Positions 59,097 to 64,000 of a stretch of 64,000 nucleotides of DNA are shown here, one piece after another. Source of the stretch: Patescibacteria group bacterium. Its GTDB lineage: Bacteria > Patescibacteriota > Minisyncoccia > Phycocordibacterales > JAKFXT01. A program made the translations under genes and the position numbers. The stretch lies in the NCBI GenBank assembly GCA_038063555.1, contig JBBTUX010000002.1, positions 6,806-70,805 of the forward strand. The letters are read 5' to 3'. The stretch's first letter is position 1, and each line of letters begins with the position of its first letter. The notes below the pieces were generated by a model. It had not been told where the DNA came from. It was given only the letters and a program-made list of their open reading frames with translations, and made no database searches.

Positions 59097-59511
59097 TATA
59101 GAAGTAAAAACAAGTGCTGGTGGGGTAGTGGTAAATAAAAATGGGGAAGTCCTTGTGGTGAATCAAAACGGAAATTCTTGGTCTTTGCCAAAAGGACACA
59201 TCGAAGATGGTGAAGAAGTTTTGACTGCCGCTAAAAGGGAAATTTATGAAGAGTCGGGGATTAGTGAATTAGAGCTAGTTCGTGAGCTGGGTAAATACAG
59301 AAGAACAGCAATAGATAAGGACGGCAAGGGGGAAATCGTCTCAATAATGAAAGAAATAATAATTTTCTATTTCAAAACCAAACAAATGGATTTAAAGCCA
59401 ATTGATAAGGATAATCCAGAGGCAAAATGGGTTTCAAAAGATGAGGTATCTAGTATTTTGACACATCCGAAAGACAAGGAATTTTTCTTAAGTATTAAGA
59501 ATCAAATATGA
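59086..59511 (+). CDS. NUDIX hydrolase
   Basis: SAGGVV, WSLPKGHIE.GE....AA.REIYEESG. Confidence 0.9.
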   Translation: MENSIEVKTSAGGVVVNKNGEVLVVNQNGNSWSLPKGHIEDGEEVLTAAKREIYEESGISELELVRELGKYRRTAIDKDGKGEIVSIMKEIIIFYFKTKQMDLKPIDKDNPEAKWVSKDEVSSILTHPKDKEFFLSIKNQI

Positions 59512-60128
59512 AAAGAATAAATGGAAAAGTTGCCGATAAAGTTGTTGAACTTGGTAAATTGGTTTTACAATTTGCAAGAGTAAATAGAATCACTCTTTAT
59601 GAGGATGGTGTTACACCAGAATCTGACACAGACCATACCGTAATGCTTTCACTTATTGCTTGTGCTGTCGCATCAGAATATAAAAAAGATTTAGATTTGG
59701 GATTAGTTGCTCAATTTGCCCTAGTTCATGATTTTGTAGAGGTTTACACGGGAGACATTCCTAATATTCATGGAAAAATGATTGATAAAAGACACTTGAA
59801 GAAAAAGGAACTTGAACAAAAAGCCTTAAAAAGATTAGAAAAAAACTTCAAAAAAGTTTTACCTTGGCTTTCAAAGACCATAAAAAAGTATGAAAAAATG
59901 GATACTAAAGAAGCCCGTTTTGTTAAGATTTTAGATAAAGCGATGCCTAAAATAACACATTCGCTTAATAAAATGAAAGCTTTAAAAATACGTGGTTTTG
60001 ACAAGAAAATGGCAGAAGATACTTTAAGAGACCAAATAATATCCATAGAAAAAAGTTATGGAAAAGACCAAAAAGAAGCGATAGACATAATGAAATTATT
60101 AGCAAAAAAATCTTTATCCGCTTTTTAA
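59508..60128 (+). CDS. HD-domain hydrolase (YfbR/HDDC2-like)
   Basis: ESDTDH, LVHDFVE...GD, EARFVK.LDK. Confidence 0.85.
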   Translation: MKRINGKVADKVVELGKLVLQFARVNRITLYEDGVTPESDTDHTVMLSLIACAVASEYKKDLDLGLVAQFALVHDFVEVYTGDIPNIHGKMIDKRHLKKKELEQKALKRLEKNFKKVLPWLSKTIKKYEKMDTKEARFVKILDKAMPKITHSLNKMKALKIRGFDKKMAEDTLRDQIISIEKSYGKDQKEAIDIMKLLAKKSLSAF

Positions 60129-60172
60129 ATTCTCTATTCCAATGTTCTCAAGAACATTGGAATAGAGAATTT
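60127..60172. repeat. Palindrome P4 (22-bp arms, 2-nt centre), family B
   Basis: AAATTCTCTATTCCAATGTTCT-ca-AGAACATTGGAATAGAGAATTT. Confidence 0.95.
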
Positions 60173-60191
60173 TTAGTGATATTATAGAGTT

Positions 60192-60461
60192 ATGAAAAAC
60201 TTTAGGAAACTGGAAAGGGTAGTGAAAGGATTTTCCAATCACCGAAGAATTGAAATTTTAGAATTGTTAAAAAGAAAACCGGAACTTTCCGTCGTTGAAA
60301 TTGCTGAAGAGTTGAAAATCAATTTCAAAACAGCTTCCGAGCACATAAGAAGATTGGCCATTGCTGGACTTGTAATCAAACGCTCCGAAGGTCCTGCTGT
60401 CCGTCACAAACTCACCCCCACCGGAATCTCTATTCTAATGTTCTTAAGAACATTAGAATAG
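60192..60461 (+). CDS. ArsR-like winged helix-turn-helix protein (paralog of 567..833)
   Basis: HRRIEIL.LL, LSV.EIA, ASEHIRRL..AGLV. Confidence 0.85.
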   Translation: MKNFRKLERVVKGFSNHRRIEILELLKRKPELSVVEIAEELKINFKTASEHIRRLAIAGLVIKRSEGPAVRHKLTPTGISILMFLRTLE

Positions 60462-60466
60462 AGATT
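60425..60466. repeat. Palindrome P5 (perfect 42 bp), family B; encodes the wHTH C-terminus and stop
   Basis: AATCTCTATTCTAATGTTCTT|AAGAACATTAGAATAGAGATT. Confidence 0.95.
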
Positions 60467-60539
60467 TAGGAAAATAAATAATAATACTTATAAATACTTG
60501 CACGATAAACAAGAGATATGAGAAACTAGACGGAACCTG

Positions 60540-60655
60540 TCCCGTTAGAAGTCGCGGACACCAAAACATAATTTTATTAAATCAGTTATATCAATTATCA
60601 AAAATCATTGTAGTAAATGCGGAGTATTAATTTCCGTGTCCTACTTCTAATGGGA
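60540..60655. mobile_element. MITE-like non-coding element with terminal inverted repeats
   Basis: TCCCGTTAGAAGT-cgc-GGACAC ... GTGTCC-t-ACTTCTAATGGGA; AT-rich interior. Confidence 0.55.
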
Positions 60656-61224
60656 TGAATACACAAAAAGATTTTATAGTCATAGGAGTAACGGGAGAAC
60701 CCTCATCTGGAAAAGATACCTTTGCCCAAATTATTGAAGAAAAAGGATTCCACCACATTTCAGGGGGTGATTTTTTACGAGAAGAGGCTAAGAAAATAGG
60801 AGTGCCTCTTGATAGAACGAGTATAACTAACTTTGTTATGAAAATGAGAAAAGAAAAAGGTCTTCAATATCCAATGGATATTGTTATAGAAAATGTTTTT
60901 AATAACACTGTTATTTCTGGCATGAGAAATACGACTGAAGTGGATTTACTTAAAAATACGTTTGGTAATAAATTTTATATGGTTGCTGTTACGGCAACGC
61001 CAGAAATTCGGTATGAGCGTATGAAAAAGCGCGGCAGAATTGGGGATGAAGTAACGTTTGAGATCTTTAAAAAAGAAGAATCCGTAGAGAAACGTGGCGG
61101 CTCTGGTACTCATGAACTTAGTAAAGTTATAGAAAATGCAGATTATAAAATTGACAATAGTGGAAGTGGAGAAGAATTTAAAAAGAAAGTTGATGAATGG
61201 TTTAGGGGTATAATCAAAAGATGA
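60655..61224 (+). CDS. P-loop nucleoside-monophosphate/dephospho-CoA kinase-like protein
   Basis: GVTGEPSSGKDT, SGMR, RYER...RGR, ADYKIDN. Confidence 0.75.
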   Translation: MNTQKDFIVIGVTGEPSSGKDTFAQIIEEKGFHHISGGDFLREEAKKIGVPLDRTSITNFVMKMRKEKGLQYPMDIVIENVFNNTVISGMRNTTEVDLLKNTFGNKFYMVAVTATPEIRYERMKKRGRIGDEVTFEIFKKEESVEKRGGSGTHELSKVIENADYKIDNSGSGEEFKKKVDEWFRGIIKR

Positions 61225-62516
61225 GTATAAAAAAGATAAAAAATTATGATGAATTGGCACGAAACGATTTGCGTAAAGAAGCATTGTCTATTGTTGAATC
61301 TGGTTTACAGGCAATTGACACCAAAAGAGCTATTGAGAGGTTTGTAAAAATTACTGATGGAGAAATATCAGTCATTGGTCAAAAGTTTAATTTAGATAAA
61401 AAAGGACGCATTTTTGTTATAGGGGTTGGTAAATGTTCATTGGATTCGGCTGAGGTGTTGGAAAAATTATATGGAGATTATATTTATAAAGGAATGGTTA
61501 TAGATATTAGGTGTAATACAGAATTAAAAAAAATAAAATCATGCGAAGGCGACCATCCTTTTCCAAGTCAGAGAAATGTTGATTTGACGAGTGAAATGAT
61601 TGAAATGTTAAAAGAAGTTACAAAGGACGATTTGGTTTTAGCCATAATCTCCGGCGGTGGATCAACTCTTTTGTGTAACCCAGTTAATTTTACTTGTGTT
61701 GATGAATCAAATATTATTCAATGCCTTTTTCGAGGTGGAGCAAATATTCAAGAGATTAATATGATTCGAAAACATCTTTCTCTGGCTAGAGGAGGAAACC
61801 TTGCTAAGGCGTGTTACCCAGCACAAGTGGCCGTATTAATTTTTTCTGATGTTATAGAGAATGATTTAAATTCAATAGCTTCAGGACCTTTTATTAAAGA
61901 CAATTCTTTGGTTGATGAAGCGCGAGAGACACTTAAAAAATATGATATTGATAAAAGATGTTCTTTTGATGCCACCAATTTAATGGAAACTCCAAAAGAA
62001 GATAAGTATTTTGAAAAAGTTCATCACATAATTCTTGTTTCAAATGAAATTGGACTTTTGGCTATGAAAAAAGAATCAGAAAAGTTGGGGTATGACGCGT
62101 ATGTCTCCGCAAGTTATTTAATAGGAGAAGCTTCAATTTGCGGAGAGAGAATAGTAAAAGAATTACATAATAAAACAAACAAAACAGTTTTACTTTATGG
62201 AGGTGAAACAACGGTGCGTATAAAAGGAAGTGGAAAGGGTGGTCGTAATCAAGAATTAATTTTAGGCGCTTTCACTAAAGTTAAAGAAAATGAATGCATA
62301 GTTTCATTTGCTTCAGATGGTAGGGATAACACCGAGGTTGCTGGTGCCATTTGTGATATAATCAGCATAGAGACAGCAAAAACAAAAAAACTTTTGCCGA
62401 AAAAATATTTAGATAACAACGATTCATTTCCTTTTTTTGCTGAACTCAACGACCACATTATTACCGGACCGACCGGCTCGAATGTTGCCGATTTCGTTAT
62501 TGCTTTAAAGCGTTAA
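61221..62516 (+). CDS. glycerate 2-kinase (MOFRL/DUF4147 family)
   Basis: GVGK, DHPFP, ISGGGS, IASGP, GGETTV, GGRNQE, SDG.D, TGPTG.NV.D. Confidence 0.9.
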   Translation: MSIKKIKNYDELARNDLRKEALSIVESGLQAIDTKRAIERFVKITDGEISVIGQKFNLDKKGRIFVIGVGKCSLDSAEVLEKLYGDYIYKGMVIDIRCNTELKKIKSCEGDHPFPSQRNVDLTSEMIEMLKEVTKDDLVLAIISGGGSTLLCNPVNFTCVDESNIIQCLFRGGANIQEINMIRKHLSLARGGNLAKACYPAQVAVLIFSDVIENDLNSIASGPFIKDNSLVDEARETLKKYDIDKRCSFDATNLMETPKEDKYFEKVHHIILVSNEIGLLAMKKESEKLGYDAYVSASYLIGEASICGERIVKELHNKTNKTVLLYGGETTVRIKGSGKGGRNQELILGAFTKVKENECIVSFASDGRDNTEVAGAICDIISIETAKTKKLLPKKYLDNNDSFPFFAELNDHIITGPTGSNVADFVIALKR

Positions 62517-62562
62517 AACGCACGAATTTTAGAGCCCTTAGGAAATTTTTAATAAAAGTTTT

Positions 62563-64000
62563 ATGTTAGACAGAGAAAAATCTTTAGTTCTTTGGTTTGA
62601 CCAAGTCGGCATCGTGGACGTACCGCTTGTCGGCGGGAAAAACGCTTCGCTTGGAGAGATGTATTCCAATTTAAATCCGATGGGAATAAATATTCCGAAC
62701 GGTTTTTGCATTACGGCTTACGCTTACAGACATTTTCTGGAAAAGGCCGGCATTAAAGAAAAGATACAACAACTTTTGAAAGGACTGGACACCGGCAATT
62801 TGCGGGAGTTGGAGCGCGTGGGAGAAGCGGTGCGCGACACTATTCTAAGAGCCAAATTGCCGGAAGATTTGAATAAAGAAATAATTAAGGGTTATATAAA
62901 TTTAAGCTTGGCCTATAATGAAAAAAATGTGGATGTGGCCGTGCGCTCCAGTGCCACCGCCGAAGATTTGCCGGGGGCTTCGTTTGCCGGAGAGCAAGAA
63001 ACTTATTTGAATATTTCGGGAAATGAAGATTTGCTATTTTCGGTCAAAAAATGCTTCGCCTCGCTTTTCACCAATCGCGCTATTTCTTATAGACAAGACA
63101 AGGGATTTGCGGGTTTTGACGCGGCGCTTTCGGTTACAGTGCAAAAAATGGCGCGCTCTGACATGGCTTGTTCGGGTGTGATGTTTACGCTTGACACCGA
63201 AACCGGTTTTGAAGACGTGGTGGTTATCAATGGTTCATACGGTTTGGGGGAGATGATTGTGCAAGGCGCGGTGACGCCGGATGAATTCACGATTTTTAAA
63301 CCGGGGCTAAAGCGCGGACTTCCAGCTTTAATCGGCAAGGACCTTGGCAAGAAAGACCAAAAAATGATTTACGCCGCGCACGGCATAAAAAAAGTTCCGG
63401 TTTCCAAAAGCGACCAGGAAAAATTTTGTTTAACCGACCAAGAGGTTTTGACGCTGGCCGAATGGGGAGTAAAAATTGAAGAGTATTTTTCCAAGAAAGT
63501 AGGCCATTTTCAGCCGATGGATATGGAGTGGGCCAAGGATGGTAAAACCAATAAACTTTTCATTGTGCAGGCGCGTCCCGAAACGATTCACGCCGGCAAG
63601 AAAAAAGATGTTTACGTGGAGTATAAACTTTTAGAACAAGGGAAAAAATTGGTGGCGGGGACCGCCATTGGCACCAAGCTTGCAACGGGTCCGGTGCGGG
63701 TTATTCGCGATGTAAAGAATATTCATCAGTTTCAAAAAGGCGAAGTACTGGTAACCGAAATTACCGACCCCGACTGGGAGCCCATAATGAAAATTGCTTC
63801 GGCCATTGTGACTGATAAAGGCGGACGCACCTCCCACGCGGCCATAGTTTCCCGCGAGCTCGGTATTCCGGCCATTGTGGGCACCGAAAACGCCACTGCC
63901 AAACTTCACGATAAGCAGATGGTGACGATTGATTGCTCGGGCGGTAAAGAGGGAGTGGTTTATGAGGGGAAATTGAAATTTGAAGTTATTGAGCATGAAC
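62563..64000 (+). CDS. ppsA: phosphoenolpyruvate synthase (3' end outside window)
   Basis: ATG 62563: MLDREKS..VGGKNASLGEM; VAVRSSATAEDLP.ASFAG, QARPET, TDPDWEP, GGRTSHAAIVSRELG. Confidence 0.95.
   Translation, partial: MLDREKSLVLWFDQVGIVDVPLVGGKNASLGEMYSNLNPMGINIPNGFCITAYAYRHFLEKAGIKEKIQQLLKGLDTGNLRELERVGEAVRDTILRAKLPEDLNKEIIKGYINLSLAYNEKNVDVAVRSSATAEDLPGASFAGEQETYLNISGNEDLLFSVKKCFASLFTNRAISYRQDKGFAGFDAALSVTVQKMARSDMACSGVMFTLDTETGFEDVVVINGSYGLGEMIVQGAVTPDEFTIFKPGLKRGLPALIGKDLGKKDQKMIYAAHGIKKVPVSKSDQEKFCLTDQEVLTLAEWGVKIEEYFSKKVGHFQPMDMEWAKDGKTNKLFIVQARPETIHAGKKKDVYVEYKLLEQGKKLVAGTAIGTKLATGPVRVIRDVKNIHQFQKGEVLVTEITDPDWEPIMKIASAIVTDKGGRTSHAAIVSRELGIPAIVGTENATAKLHDKQMVTIDCSGGKEGVVYEGKLKFEVIEHE

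Noticed and set aside
63087-63996. Minus-strand ORFs in the ORF track here, and similar short antisense or overlapping ORFs throughout
   Set aside because: Shadows of well-supported genes on the other strand or frame (here ppsA).

Overview
AT-rich bacterial window read in genetic code 11 (TGA is a stop). Gene content and style suggest a Patescibacteria/CPR (Parcubacteria-like) genome; this is an inference. Layout: (1) 1-4200: 3' end of murC, then a module bounded by three related 40-48 bp palindromes that holds an ArsR-like wHTH gene and a diversity-generating retroelement (target gene with VR, diverged TR, terminally truncated RT, no clear avd). (2) 4.3-9.7 kb: rsmI, a DUF4015-like hydrolase, a VirD4/HerA-like ATPase and a surface protein. 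(3) About 9.8-53.4 kb: a ~44 kb surface-glycan locus with many GT4/GT2/GT9/GT-C enzymes, asnB, methyltransferases, a radical SAM enzyme, DAHP synthase + KdsC + KdsB, a flippase and an O-antigen-ligase-like protein. It contains an inverted-repeat-flanked GIY-YIG mini-cassette. (4) 53.4-64 kb: a candidate pair of complementary small RNAs, murB, an unannotated 20-aa Lys-rich peptide, secA, SET/NUDIX/CutA/HD genes, a second palindrome-flanked wHTH paralog, a MITE-like element, glycerate kinase and the 5' part of ppsA. The most novel-looking signals are the palindrome-bounded wHTH/DGR cassettes, the CCCGT...ACGGG end motif at gene starts, the complementary RNA pair and the DAHP-synthase/KdsC/KdsB trio. 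All alignments and counts were done by eye; no database searches were run.
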